A stretch of DNA of 64,000 nucleotides, taken from Eledone cirrhosa (taxonomy: Eukaryota). The position numbers and the translations under genes were made by a program. Where the stretch lies: NCBI GenBank assembly GCA_964016885.1, contig OZ024757.1, forward strand, positions 36,766,001 to 36,830,000. Reading direction: 5' to 3'. Each line of letters opens with the position of its first letter. The first letter of the stretch is position 1. Positions 12,470 through 27,620 of the stretch are shown here, one piece after another. Under the pieces are notes generated by a model that was not told where the DNA came from, ran no database searches, and saw only the letters and a program-made list of their open reading frames with translations.

Positions 12470-14467
12470 ATTTAGCTCAACCATGGCTGATCTGGGGCTA
12501 AACAACAACAACAACAGCAACAACAACACATGAATAACATTTCTAGATAATGACAGTAATAGGTTTCATTATCATCTTTGTATGTTTTCTCTTGGTGTTC
12601 TTTGTAATGAGGAAATTACCCTAAACATCTCAATAAGACGAAGATAAAAAGTTAATTGTTCAAAGTCGTTAGATAAAGAGGAATTCCAAATAGATATGTC
12701 TGCATTCATCCATGAAAGAAGCACCAGGGGGGGGGGGGGGATGGTTTAACAAAGTCATTGGAAATTGTTACTTGCTATTTACCTACGAGAATTTGATAAT
12801 TCCTCTATGTTGAGTTTGGGGTGGTTGGGTTGAGGGGTGGAGAGTGGGTTGGGGTATAAAGTTTCGCAGAGATTGCTTTACTACAAAGGGTCTGATTACA
12901 AACTGTAATCATGGCAGCAGAAGAAACATCTTGCGAGGAGCTGTAAAGATAGGCAACAAATTGGCAGAATTGTTAGAGCTGCAGATAAAATTGATAAAAC
13001 ATCTTGTAGTATCTCTTCCAGCTCTTGGGGTTCTCAGTTCAAACCCAGACACCATCACTATCACCATCTCCATCATCATCACCATAGTCATCATCCTTGT
13101 CATCATTGTCATCATCTTTTAATGTCTACTTTCCACGCTAGCATGGGTTAGACGGGTTGTCCCATTTGAGGCATGTTGGGTCAGGTGACCTTGTCCTGCT
13201 CATACAGAACTGTTTCTGGCCAGATTTCTACAGCTGGATGCCCAGACAATGTCAATAAAATAAAACACCACTTCATGGTATGTGAAGGCACGTGGCCTAG
13301 TGGTTCACTCTTGGTAGTTTTTACCTACTCAAATATTCTAGGGGCCAATTAAGGAGCAATAAAAGCAAAGTTCCTTTACCAAACACACCTCAAGAAAAGA
13401 TGAAAGACAGGAAGGAAGGGAGGAGGAAAGCAGGGAATGACAATATTAAAGATTAATTAATGAATTAGTATAAAAAAAAACATTCAGATAAAGATAGTAA
13501 AAGCAATAAAAAAAAAAGAAACTCCCAATACTGTAGATAGATTAAAGATTGGAGGTGAGAAGTAGTGGGAGGTAATGGTGAGAAGGGGTGGTAGTGATGG
13601 TGGTGGTGATGGTGGTGATGAGGGTAGTGGTGGTGGTGGTCGTGGTGATGATGGTAATGGTGGTGGTGGTAGTGATGGTGGTGGTGATGGTAGTGGTGGT
13701 GGTGGTGGTGATGGTAGTGGTGGTGGTAATTGTAGTGGTGATGATAATGGTAGTGGTGGTGCTAATGATGATGATGATGGTGGTGGTGAAGGAGGATGTG
13801 GAGGGGGGGGGGGGGTTACATTTGGAAGTCAGAGCAATTTGATGGGAAGTTTCTGGAAAGAAGAAAAAGAAGCAGCAGAAAAAGAGAGGAGCTACAATAT
13901 TCTAGAGAGATATTCATTATCCAATCACAAAGAGGAAGAGGAAATTGGTAGCAGAATTATGTATGTACTTGATGTATGTATATATATAGATATATATATA
14001 CACACACATACATGTACAAATATATATACATATATGCATACACACACACACACACACACACATACATACATATATACATGAATACATACATACATATATA
14101 CATGAATACATACACACATACATACATACATATATACATGAATACATACATACACACATACACGCATACAGAATGCAATGAAGTTGGTAGCCTGGAAATA
14201 ACCCGACAAAAATGTGAATAAAAGCAGGGAAAAGAAAGGAGTGGGGGGGTGAGGGAGAGAGAGAGAGGGAGTGTGTGTGTGTGTGTGGCAGTAGTGGTGG
14301 GGGTCGTGGGTGGAATGTGCCACAAATCAAATTAGACAAAAATATATATATATATATATATACATATACATAAATATATATATATGTATATGTATACATA
14401 TATACACACATAAATATATATATATATACACACATATATATATACACACACACACATAAATATATAT

Positions 14468-14498
<31 letters not shown>

Positions 14499-15615
14499 CA
14501 AATACATATATATATATATATACACATATGTGTAGGTAAGTTGTTGTTGCTGTGACAGAGTTGAGATTAGTTGAGAGGTTTATAGTGTTATGGAATACAG
14601 GTTGCCAAGATGCAAAACAGAACCATCACCACCACCACCACCACCACCACCACCACCACCACCACCACCAACTACAACTACAACAATAACTATAACAACA
14701 ACAGCACTAGGAAGAAAAGAGAAAAAAAAAATACTAAATACAAAAAAAACAACAACCCCATCTGGAAGGAAATACGATGATATTACAAGTAGTGGGTAGT
14801 GGGTATGTATAATGGTGGGCAAAAACAGCTCCATATATGGGCAGTAGCTAAATTTACACCACACCGAAGGATATAGACAGTAAGAAGAAGAAACACACAT
14901 ACACATGCACACACACACTTGCACTCACGCACACACATTTGCACTGACACACGTGCACATACAAACACAAGAAAAGAAAGAAACAAAAATAAATATACAG
15001 AAGACTAAAATATATTTACTATCACCCTTCCCCACCCTGCCCTCTGCACAACAGCCGACTACCCCCTAAAAATCTCCCCCAAAACCCCATCACAGTAGTG
15101 AAAATAAAAGAGAAAGTTATTTGGAGGTTTCTTTCTCTCTTTTTTTTTTAACTATCAACTACCCTACTTGTAAACAAGGACCTGTGGTTAAGGATCTCAT
15201 TTCACAAGCATGCAGTTTTAGGTTCAGTCCTACATTATAGCACCATGGGCAGATGTCTTTTACTAACTATAGCCTCACGTTTAGGGCCAGGTTTAGACCT
15301 TGGGAGGGGCCCTTCATGCACAACAAATTAGAATATACAGCAACCCCCACCAATTTTACATATCAAAGTCAACTTGGTGCAAGTAATTGGAATTGAAAGG
15401 TTATACATACAGGTATAAAATCAAAAAATCTAACCATCCTAAAATTAAAAAAGCTCAGCTGAGGGCACAAATAAACTGCTACGGCTGTCACTAGTGGTCT
15501 CATGTTCCATCGAGTGCTCAAGAGAGGTTGTCCTGCCTTTGACACAACTGAGAGTTTTCCCAACCCTTTGTTTGGAAAGATTTCTATAGCTGGATGCCAT
15601 TTCTATCACCAACCA

Positions 15616-15663
<48 letters not shown>

Positions 15664-16165
15664 GATGGTTTGCAGTGACATCTGAACATACACAATAAGA
15701 AAACCCAAAGTGAAGTGAGAACAAGAACGAAATAAGGCATCATTGTATTATTTGTCGATGGGTGTTTCACAGGCTTTCAGGACTCAAAAGCCATTTGAGA
15801 TCTCATGATGCCAGGAAGGAACGGACATTAAGTGAAAGAAGTGGTCAAGCTTTGCATGGAGCAGACGACCTTCATCATATATATATATGTGTGTGAGCAT
15901 CATATATATATAAAAAGAAGAAAGGGGTCCTGGATATTTTTACCAGGACCTCCCAGCAGACAACTGATGAAGGAAAACTTTCTCCTGTTCATGCTTTCTT
16001 CTTATTTTTAAGTATAGCTGATCCTGCAACGACACAGCCACTCTCTTCTTCATATATATATATATATATATATATATTTATTTTGCTCTACGGTTCTTAT
16101 ATATTTGATATATATCTATCCTTATCGAGCCCTCTTTGGATTTTAGTCTTCAAATTTATTATTAT

Positions 16166-16252
<87 letters not shown>

Positions 16253-16714
16253 CAGAACATGGTCCTCCAGCCTAGATTTCTCACAATGGAACAACCCATC
16301 CTACCCATGCTAGAGTGGAAAATGGACGTTAAACGATGATACATACACAGGGTGACTACAAAAATACACCCAACTTGATTATCACATTGATGTTTGCCGA
16401 GCCACAAAACGGGGCAGACATCGAGTGTCTATGATATCAACCAATACCACATGAAACTTTGTTAGTTTATGTAACTGTCGCCCCAAATATTGTAAGAATA
16501 GTCCTTTAAGTTTTCGTACTATAAATATTTGAAATCAAGGAGTGTTTTGTGGTGTTCCTGCATATCAGTGGCAATTTATAAATGTTACTAGGGCTTTGCA
16601 ATAACTGAAGAAAGAAAGACATTTCTCAAAGATCTGACTTTTCAAATCTTTTCACTTATGACTCTTTATAAATCATACAACTCATTTATTTCACCAGGTT
16701 ATGTTTTATGAAAC

Positions 16715-16827
16715 CTGAGTGAGCTTAAGTAAATTTTGTTCATATGATATTATAAAGTTAAAACAAAGTTATATTTCCTTAGGAAATATAGCTTTGTTTT
16801 AACTTTATAATATCAAAATTTACTTAA
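16715..16827. repeat. Short fold-back inverted repeat
   Basis: tgatattataaagttaaaacaaag(t)tatatttcct-t-aggaaatatagctttgttttaactttataatatca, plus outer ttaagtaaattt / aaatttacttaa. Confidence 0.8.
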
Positions 16828-17534
16828 CCCTTTAGCGTTTACATTACTCTATATATAACTATTGTATTTTCCCAATAAAGGCCTCACATATCTCATATAA
16901 TGTTGAATCCATGAGATTTTGATATTATATGTTATGTGAACAATACCTTAACATCAGTATGAGCAGCCAGCTACAGCCAGTTTGAAGGGAAAGAAGAGAG
17001 AGATAGAGGAGGGAGGGAGAGAGAGAGAGAAGGGGGGAGATAAGGGAGAGATAGAGAATGGGGAGAGAGAGAAGGGGAGACACACAGTGTGTGTGTATAT
17101 GTGTTTGAGTGTGTGTGTGTGTGTGAGCAATATGAAATAAGGTATTTTTCTCAAGGACATGAAATAAAGTGACTTGCTGAAGGACACAATACAGCAATGC
17201 CAGGTATCAAACTCCCAACCACACATCTGTCAGGTGAACAACCTAACCACACAGCCACATACCTTCAAAACATAAAGTAATTAAAAGTTATCATATGTGA
17301 TGATATCACATATGATGTTATCACACTTCAGAATACCTCAGTTATATGATAGTGGTGGTGGTGATGGTGGTGTGTGGTGGTGATGGTGGAGATGATGGTG
17401 TGTGGTGGTGATGGTAGTGGAGGTGATGGAGGTGGAGATGGTGGTGGTAGTGGTAGTGGTGGTGGTGTTGATAGAGGTGATGGAGGTGGAGATGATGGTG
17501 TTGATGTTAGTGGTGGAGATGATAGTGGTGGTGC

Positions 17535-17566
<32 letters not shown>

Positions 17567-17967
17567 ATGATGATGATGATGATAGTGATATGACAAAGAA
17601 TATTATTTTTGAAATGAGGTAAGGAATGGGTGACTGATCTGCTAGAATCTTCACTTGAAATAATTGTTTCCACTTGAAATAATAGTCACTAGTTACACAC
17701 ACACACATATAATATATATATATACATATATATATCATCATCATCACCGTTTTACGTCTGTTCTTCCATGGTAGCATGGGTTAGACGGGTTGTCCTGTTA
17801 TGGGCAGTGTCCGGTCAGCTGACCTTGTCTTGCTCATACGATATATATATATAAAAGTTTACATATATATATACATACACATACATATACGTGTTTTGCA
17901 ACTGGTCACTTTTTGGCTCAATGAAAAATTAATAAATTAAACAATCAGAGCTATATATCATAAAACA

Positions 17968-18045
<78 letters not shown>

Positions 18046-19469
18046 CAGAATATACCAATTATGTTATTATGTATGTATGTATATATATATATACATATAT
18101 ACAGACACATATATGCAGAATATACAAGTTATGCATATATGTATGCAGAATGTACTAGTCATGTATAGTTATGTATAGTTATGTATGTATATATATGTTT
18201 AACAACAACTATTGCTGGTTATGCAATTTATCTTGCCACAAACTTTCAAGGAGAGACAAGGAGAAAGGTCTAAATCTCATAACACATACTCACGTACACA
18301 GAAACACACACACACACACACATATATATATACATACATATATGTACATATATATATACATATATATATATACATATATGTGTGTGTGGAAGAGAGAAAC
18401 AGATATGTGAACAGAAAGGTAGCAAACAGACAGATAGATAAACAGACAAACAAACTAACTGACATATTGGCAGAGATACAGCCAAAGAGGAAAGCTATAT
18501 GGATAGATATATGAATTAGTCTTTGCTAAAAATTACTAAAAGGGAAACTGAAAAAAAAAAAAAAATTCTTAAACAGATGATAAATCCAATATTCATCCCT
18601 CCATCACTCTATCCCTCTCTCCATCCACCCACCATTCCATCTATTCATCCATCCATTCATCATTCCCTCCCTCCATCCATCACTACATTCTTTTCCACCA
18701 GGAAAGGCATCTGGCTGTAGAACATTGCTTGAGAAATGACCCCATGATGAAACCTGTTATGCCCCCCCCCCCCCAAGCTAACCCCTTGTTTTAGCAGAGA
18801 AAATGGTAAATGCTCTTAAAAAGCTTGATGTGTTGTAATTACACCACAAAATAACTGATAATTTAAAGTATGTTTAACAGATATTGCGTGCTTTTGGAGG
18901 GGGGATGGTTAAAATGATGGTTAATTACTTTAGTTTCAATACAGTCTCAGATCAAGTCACTTGCTAGACATGTACAGCTGTGGCTAAAATGACTCTTCCA
19001 TGCTGTAAATTGTTTTAATTCCAGCACATGGTCTCAGATCAAGTCACTTACTAAACAAGTATCACTCCAAAGCTTTAAAAAAAACAATCAAAGCTTCTAT
19101 TTTCTAAAAGGAATGGAGCTCTATGAGTACTTCACAGATCTGAGCATATCTGATTTCTTCCAGAAAAAGAGAACTAGAGATATGGAGGATGAATCCTCCC
19201 TACTACTGGTCCAGGACTTTTTTTATCGACCTTGAAAGAATGAAAGGCAAATTTGACTTAAGCAAGATTTAAACTTAGAGAGTGTTGAGAGCCAGAGCAA
19301 ATACTGTGAAGCATTCTATTATATTATATGTATATATGTATGGTTCTATAACTCCTGATAGTGTTGTAGGGGTGCTGTATTGACATACTGCATTTCCTGG
19401 GCATTTTATACCTGGCGGAGACTATCCCTCTCCAGGCCTGAGTACAGCAGATTTCTTCCAGATAGAGGA

Positions 19470-19635
19470 GGGATCAACCCCAGTACTAGACTGGTACTTT
19501 TTTTTTTCGACCTCGAAGAAAGGATGAAAGGCAAAGTTGACCATGGCAGGATCTGAACTGAGAGACCAGAGAGCTTGAACAAATACCATAAAGCATTCTA
19601 TCCAATGTTCTAATGACTCTGCCAATTCACTGCCA
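19470..19635 (-). mobile_element. Family-B SINE
   Basis: ggatgaaaggcaaagttgacc...gccaattcactgcc is the reverse complement of the 63413 copy. Confidence 0.7.
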
Positions 19636-20134
19636 TTCTATTGTATTATGAAAATGTAAATGGCTATCATGTTTAGGGTTAGGCTCTATCCCCAAGCTGT
19701 CCCATTGTGTAGATGCTATGTACAAAGTATACAAAATATTCCAATATCTGAAACACTTCTGGTCCCTATCAACATCTCAGTTTTACACCTAGCTTCCATT
19801 CTTGCTTGGGTCAGATGAGATGAGTTATGTTATTATGAGGCTAGATTGGTCATATATTCCATTTTGGATGGTTTCTAGGTCTGTATGCCCTTCCCAATGT
19901 CAACCAAACCACGTCACTGCCGTCTGACCGAGTGGATTGGGTCTTTTTTCCCATGTCATCAGCACTATCACTTTACAGAGAGTTCTGGGTGCATTTTAGT
20001 AAGGATTCTCAAGCTGTACATTATTCTATGATCCCATGGAAAAAGATTCTTTGACAGGTAACTTTTACAAGAAAAACAATAGAAGAAACAGATTCAAAGG
20101 TAATTTTCCCAAAGAGTACTTGAAAATGTATATT

Positions 20135-20621
20135 CAATCCTTCCGTTACCATATTTCTAATGAAAGACAATTTTCAAATAATTTTGAAAATAATCCAGAA
20201 TTTGGAGGGATCTAATAATAGAATTAATTTTCTCATTATTAAGTTGCTGTTTGGAACATAATTTTACCCTTTAACATTCATATTACTTTATATTTACTAT
20301 TGTATTTTTGTGGTAAAGGTTTTATCTTACATAATTATCTCACATAATATCGAGTCTCTGAGACTTTGATGTTATTTATTTTGAGAACAATACTTTAACG
20401 TCAGTATGAGCAGCTAATTACAGTCAATTAGAACAGAAAGAGGTCAGAAAATTCTGGTTGGATATGGCTGGTTTAAATGCTGAAGAGTTAATAAAGGTTC
20501 TTATATAAAATTATGATGGGAGGTCTCAAGATAAATATAAACACTTTAAAATAAACAGCTTTTTAGCATAGAACTAGGAATAGGGATGGGGGTTTCAGGC
20601 AGTTTGATATCAAAAGAGTTA
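20135..20621. mobile_element. TTAA-type MITE family B containing a nested MITE A (20263-20491)
   Basis: Ends (ttca)atccttccgttacc ... gatatcaaaagagTTAA; body shared with 24170-24800, 33670-34200 and 59240-59390. Confidence 0.55.
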
Positions 20622-21174
20622 ATAAACCTTGCACCAAATATAGTCCACCACACCCTCTAGTCCCACCTCACCAGTCCTTCCTTCTTAGAACTACATTCCT
20701 ATAGAACATTCCCCCACCACATCACACACCACACCACACATGTTATCTCCTAACTGAACTCCTGACATTCAACAGTTCAAAGTAAACTTACACTGGTACC
20801 CTTATCCCACCATCACAGAGGGCCCTACAAAGGCTAGAAACATATTATTTCCCCTACCTTACCATCTTCGCTAGAGAACACTTCCCCTACTCTTCCATTC
20901 CCCACAACTCTCCGATGAAGCAATTAGAGAATTGGTTAAATAGTTTCAAAGAGAGATTAGTTTCCTTTATTTATCATTATCACCATCATCATCATCACTG
21001 ACATCATCATTGTCATCATCATCATCGTTATCATCATTGCCATCAAATCATTTTGAAAATAATCAAGAATTTGGAGGGATTTAGTAATATAACTAACTTC
21101 TTTATTATTAAGCTATTGCCTGAACTTAACCTTTTTGTTACCATGCCCACACTGTAAAGTGGTCGTGTAGGTGT

Positions 21175-21340
21175 CATGACAAGAATCGCTAGACAGATTT
21201 TACAGGCAAAGCCAACTGGCAGGAGACCTAGAGGTAGACCCCCCAAGCAAGATGGTTGGAGATGGTTGCTTCTGACAGGACCTACTGGAAGGAGTGTTTG
21301 AGGACTCTGCCCCCATGACCCTCTCAGGAATAAGTGGGCC
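21175..21340 (+). mobile_element. RTE LINE family 2, 3' fragment
   Basis: RIARQILQAKPTGRRPRGRP; tail ccatgaccctctcaggaataagtggg shared with 38810, 57400 and 58470. Confidence 0.75.
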
Positions 21341-21427
21341 ACCATATACATATATATGTACACACACACACACACATATATATATATCGAGCCCTCTTTG
21401 GATTTTAGCCTTCAAATTTATTATTAC

Positions 21428-21464
<37 letters not shown>

Positions 21465-21611
21465 TGAGAGAGAGAGAGAGAGACAGCGATAGTTACAATC
21501 CTGATCACGGTATAAAGCAGTCAGGATTATACTTCTCTCTATACTCACTCTGCATCTCTCCATGCATTGAGTACTCCCATGATTTATGGTCTCTCCGGTT
21601 TCAGCACTACA

Positions 21612-21676
<65 letters not shown>

Positions 21677-21677
<1 letters not shown>

Positions 21678-21941
21678 GAGGGTAATCCCAAAAGTAGGAG
21701 CTCCCGTTGAACGCTACCGCCAAGTGTGAATTTTGTGCAGTTATTATATACGAGGGCAATACAAAAAGTAAGGTCTCCTTCCGAGGAAAACATGCGTAAA
21801 GATCAGCGGATCACTCTGGATGCTCTCTGCATTTTGGTTCCTGAGGTTTCCCGAAGCCCCATCCACAGGATTTTAATGGGAAAGTTGCAATGTCGGAAGT
21901 TGCAATATCGGAAGGAGACCTTACTTTTGGGATTGCCCTCG
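21677..21941 (+). mobile_element. Internally deleted mariner element with duplicated left end
   Basis: TA-CGAGGG TIR at 21677 and again at 21751, right TIR ...ccctcg-TA at 21941; remnant EENMRKDQRITLDAL...VSRSPIHRIL resembles the second mariner HTH. Confidence 0.8.
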
Positions 21942-22087
21942 TACATATATATATATATATGAAAGGTCACAATGACCTCTCATAAGATGTCATGGTGTAC
22001 TGAAATTATCAGACTGCTATAAGGTTATACGTTGTTATTCAAAGAATGCATCTACATTCAAAATTACTCATGTGTGAAGTCACATAT

Positions 22088-22290
22088 TTAATAATAATAA
22101 TGAAATTATTGTGTAAAGTGCTCAGGTGCACTACAACTCGTCAAGAAAGTACATAGAATAATACACAAATGTCAGGGAAGTACATGTGTGTATGTGTTAG
22201 CTGTAGTGTTGGCGGATCTCGGGAAGCATGGAGGCCTTAAAGGATGCAGTGTCTCGACAGCTAACAACTGATGCAGGTAGTTTGTTCCAT
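22088..22290 (-). mobile_element. CR1-clade LINE 3' fragment
   Basis: Reverse complement of the same CR1 tail; an additional short tail at 22512-22565. Confidence 0.9.
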
Positions 22291-22365
22291 GATCTGTACG
22301 TATCTATATCTCTGTGTACTGTTTGTGTTGTTATTTCTGTTTACCATTTACATACATATATATAT

Positions 22366-22420
<55 letters not shown>

Positions 22421-23182
22421 TACATATATATATGGATGTGTGTATACATGAGTTTGTCATCACATATGCATGTTTCTACTTTTTTTTCATTGTTTCTACT
22501 AATAAAATGAAATAATAATGAAAATTATTGTGTACAGTGCTCAGGTGCACTACAACTCATCAAATGTGTATGTGTTAGCGGTGGCAGAAGTTATGACAAT
22601 ACCAGAATAGATTAATATAATATTGATGTTATCTGGTGTATTGATTTACATACACACATGTACCACACACATACACACACACAAATACACCATACATATA
22701 TACATACACAGACACACACATGTACCACCCGTACACCACACACACACACACACCAATACATATACATACACACACCCATGCACCATACATATATACATAC
22801 ACAGACACACACACCACACCTATACACCATACATATATATACATACACAGACACACACACCACACCCATACACCATACATATATATACATACACAGACAC
22901 ACACACATGTACCACCCATATACCATACATATATACATACATACACACACATGTACTGCACACATACATACATGTATGTATCTATGTATTTATGTATGAA
23001 TATATATATGTATTTATGTATGAATGTATATATGTATGAATACAAGTATTTTTGTATGTATGTATGTAAGTATGTAAGTATTTTTGTATGTATGTATGTA
23101 AGTATGTAAGTATTTTTGTATGTATGTATGTAAGTATGTAAGTATTTTTGTATGTATGTATGTATGTCTGTAAGTATTTTTG

Positions 23183-23213
<31 letters not shown>

Positions 23214-25280
23214 GTATTTTTGTATGTATGTATGTAAGTATTTTTGTATGTATGTATGTATGTAAGTATTTTTGTATGAGCGTGTGTTAATAATGATTGC
23301 TAATTTAGGCACACGACCAGTAATTTACTGGGGGAGGTGGTAAGGCAATCAAAGTCAACCGGTATTTTATTTATCACTCCACCCCATCCCACACGAATTT
23401 ATGAAAGTCAAAGTGGACCGCAGCAGGATTTGAACTCAGACTGCAAGAAGAGCTAAAATAAATACCACCACACGACATCCTATCTGAAGATCTAAATGGC
23501 AATTGCTAATATAAGCACAGGGCCATAATTTGTTGTCATATTGGAGGTGGTGGTGTGGTGTGGTATTGGTGTTGGTGGTCGTAATGGTGTGGTGTTGGTG
23601 GTGTGATGTGATGGTGTTGTTGTTGGTGTAGTGTGGTGGTGTTGGTATTGGTTGTTGTATGGTGTGGTAGTGTGGTGTTAAGGGGAGGCTGTTGTGTGAT
23701 GGTGGGGTGTGGTGCTGGTGGGGTGTGGTGCTGGTGTGGTGTTGGTGATCATAACGGTGGGGTGTGGAGATGGCTGTGGTGGTGGAGCGTGGTATAGTGG
23801 TATTGGTTGTGGTGTGGTGTGGTGGTGGTGTAGTGTAATGTGGTGTTGGTGGTGGTATGGTGGTGTGTGGTCTTTAAAGGGTGTAGCTGTCAATACCAAC
23901 CTCTAAGTAACTTGACCGATGCTTCATTCATTCCAACTAATTTTGGAAATGTAACCTTCGAACAAACTTTGAAAGTTGATCTTTCTACAAATTACTACAA
24001 GGAAAATAAAACTACAACATATGAGAGCGGGGTGGGGGTGGGGTGGGTAGAATTTAGTCCTTCTCCTCCCCACCTTCTTCTCCCCTTATTAGTGAAATAC
24101 TTTCACATTTAATGTCGTTTTTTTTTCTTCAATTTAATTATATACAATGTGACATAATTAGCTCATATGTTTACCCTTTCGAGATCGTATTTCTATTGAA
24201 ATTCATTCTAGTTCAATTAATTAATTAATAATTTTGAAGGATTTATTAAAATTATTTAACTACGACAGTAACTTAACAGATTTTAAGATTTTAATTTCAA
24301 ATAGATTTTATCTAAATATGTTGGAAGATTTAGCATTTAAGGTGACTATATCTGGCCAGAATTCTTTCACCTCTTTCTGTTCAAACTGACCATAACTAGC
24401 CACTCAAACTGATATTAAGGGATTGTTCTCAAAATAAATAATATCAAAATCTCATAGATTCGATATTATGTGAGATAATTATGTCTTTACTGCAAAAATA
24501 CAATAGTATATATAGAGTAATGGAAATGTTAAAGGGTTAAAATAGTTTTTATTTAAAATTATATTGTAACATTCTAATTTAAATAGGAACCCTATATTTC
24601 AAGTGATTAATGAAAAATTTTGAGAGATTTACTAAAATTATTTATTTCATTACTAAAATAGCATTTATAACATACCTTAAATACTTCTTACAGAAAATTA
24701 TGTTGGGAGATTTTAATACAAATAGGAACTTTTTAAAATGAATGGTTTCATTTCATAAAACCTGAGCTAGTGTTGGCCAGGTTGGTATAAAAAATCTTAA
24801 TATTAAAAACTAATAAACTATATCATTATCATGGTTTTCTTTTTTTTACGGCTGCTTTTCCATGTAGGCATGGGCTGGATGGAATATTATGTGACAATGT
24901 TTTACAGCCAGATGCCCTTTCTGACATCAAATCACCCTTTTAGTCGCCTCTTATGACACATGGATATGATACTGGGTACCCTTTCTAAAAACCCATCACA
25001 GTACTTTCGTATATATATATATACACACACATATATATGTGTATACACACACACATATATATATATATACATACATATATATACATATACATAGATATAT
25101 ATATATATATACATACATATATATATATATCATCATCATCATCTTTGTTTAACGTCCATTTTCCACGCTACCATGGGTTAGACATATATATATACATAGA
25201 TGGGTTAGACATATGTATATACATAGATATACATACACACACACATATATATATATACATATATATACATACATATATAA

Positions 25281-25611
25281 GCACATGGCTTAGTGGTTAG
25301 AGCATTGGCCTTGCAATCGAAAGGTTGTGAGTTCAATTCTCAGACCGGGTGATGTGTTGTTTCCTTGAGCAAGACACTTTATTTCACATTGCTCCAGTTT
25401 ACTCAGCTGTAGAAATGAGATGATAGGGACTGGGGTCCCTATCATTCCACTGTAAAATGGACATGTAGGCGCCACGGAAAAAAAGCACCCAGCACTCACT
25501 GTAAATGAGGCTGGTGTTAGGAAGGGCATCCAGCTGTAGAAATCAAGCCAGAAACAGTTCCCATCCCACCCTTGCAAGCAGGGAAAAGCGGACGTAAAAT
25601 GATGATGATGA

Positions 25612-25615
<4 letters not shown>
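25281..25615 (+). mobile_element. tRNA-derived SINE family A with RTE-derived 3' tail
   Basis: A-box tggcttagtgg, B-box gagttcaattc; 3' end cccacccttgcaagcagggaaaagcggacgtaaaa(tga)n matches the RTE end at 50073-50130. Confidence 0.9.
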
Positions 25616-25652
<37 letters not shown>

Positions 25653-26266
25653 TATATATATACATACATATATACACATACATACACACATATATATATA
25701 TATATATGTATATATACACACACACACACATATATATATATACATACATATATATAAATATACATATATATATATACACATATACATATATATATATACA
25801 TATATATATATATAGACACACACACACACAATATATATATATGTAAATGAAGTTGGTGTTAGGAAGGGCATCCAGCTGTAAAAATCAAGCCAAATCAGTT
25901 CCTGTATGAGCAAGGCATGGTCAGCCGACCAGACACTGCCCACAACAGGACAACCCGTCTAACCCATGCTAGCGTGGAAGAACGGACGTAAAACGGTGAT
26001 GATGATGATGATATATATATATAATACACACAAAAATATACTACACACAAACTACTGTAGATGTCTATCATTTAAGCACAGACAAGTGAAAGAGAGAGAG
26101 AGATAGATAGAGGGAGAGAGGGAGATAAGTGACATTTCTAAGTAAAATAAAAGTAAAAATCTAAAACTATGTGTTTTGTATAAATAACATTTCTCCCCGT
26201 TATTTCAACAACTACAAACTTATTTCTTGGCGGGGTGAAAAAAGTAGGAAAAAAGGACTTTATATT

Positions 26267-26309
<43 letters not shown>

Positions 26310-26370
26310 AAATAGGGTCCAAACCGGGACAACAGCATTATTATTCAGGTTCAGATAGTTATGTATTGAT

Positions 26371-27230
26371 AAATAAAACTTTACCTTTAAAGACGGAACA
26401 ACTATTTTAAGGGGTACCGATAGAGTATGTAGATCCTAGGAAGGGATATATTTAGGCCCAAATCCTAAAAAGGGCAGTAGAAGTATTAGGGTCCTGATAG
26501 TTAGGAATTAACAAATAAAACTTTACCTTTATAGACGGAACAGCTATTTTAAGGGGAACTGATAGAGTATGTAGATCCTAGGAGAGGAAATATTTAGGAC
26601 CAAATCCCGACAAGGGCTGTAGACGTTCTTAGGAACTGACAGTTAGGAATTGACAAATAAAACTTTACCTTTAAAGACATGACGACTATTTTAAGGGGAA
26701 CCGATAGAGTATGTGGATTCTAGGAAGGAAGTTATTTAGGACCAAATCCCAAGAATGGCAGTAGAAATACTAGGGACCTGACAGTTAGCAATTGTCAAAT
26801 AAAACTTTACCTCAAAGGCAGAAAAACTATTTTTTTAAGGGAACAACAAGCAGAGGAGAGATATAACTTCAATAAGCTTATGTGTTTTTTTAGGTAAAAA
26901 TAGTTGGAAAAAAGATTAAAAAATTTAAGAAATATAAATTGAAACATTCTAACCCAGGGACCGGGCACCGGGGAGTTATTAGTTAAATAAATATTTTACC
27001 TTAAAGACAGAATATCTATATTTTAAGGGTGTTAGCCGATATTACAACTACTACAGTGAGCTTGTTTTTTGGGGGAAAAGTTAGGGAAAAGATAATTTTA
27101 AAAAAAAAATATAAACTGAAATGGGGTCCCAGACCCTACAAGGATAATAACAAGGCCTAGACAGTTATAAGTGGAAAATAAAACTTACCTTAAAGTCAGA
27201 ATAACTATATTTTTAAGGGAACTTAGCTAG
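26371..27230. repeat. Diverged tandem repeat, 142-bp units then ~190-bp units
   Basis: aaataaaactttacct at 26371, 26513, 26655, 26797, then ~26985 and ~27176. Confidence 0.85.
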
Positions 27231-27555
27231 CAGAGTAGGTAGATCACGAGAGGAGAGATGTTGTGAAGAAGCCTTAACCCAGTCTTCTGTTACTTCAAAC
27301 TTTATATCTAGGAGGAAGCAGGCAAACAAATGTTGGTGGGGGTGGTGGGGGTTGATGTAGTGGGAGTGTGCGGTGTAATGTATTGTAGTGGTAGTGGAGG
27401 TGGTGTTGGTGGTGGATTTTCGTAGATATATATATAGAGAGGGGGGTAAGGAGGAAGTAGGAGTGAAAGAGAAAAAAAGAAAGAAAAAAAAAAGACAGAC
27501 AGACAGAGAAAGAAAAAAACAACAGAAAGAAAGAGAAAGAGAGAGAGAATGAGAT

Positions 27556-27620
<65 letters not shown>

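Noticed and set aside
25281-25355. tRNA genes at SINE heads (also 36953, 62491, 63893)
   Set aside because: A/B boxes are present but there is no complete cloverleaf acceptor stem, and they continue into a SINE body and tail.
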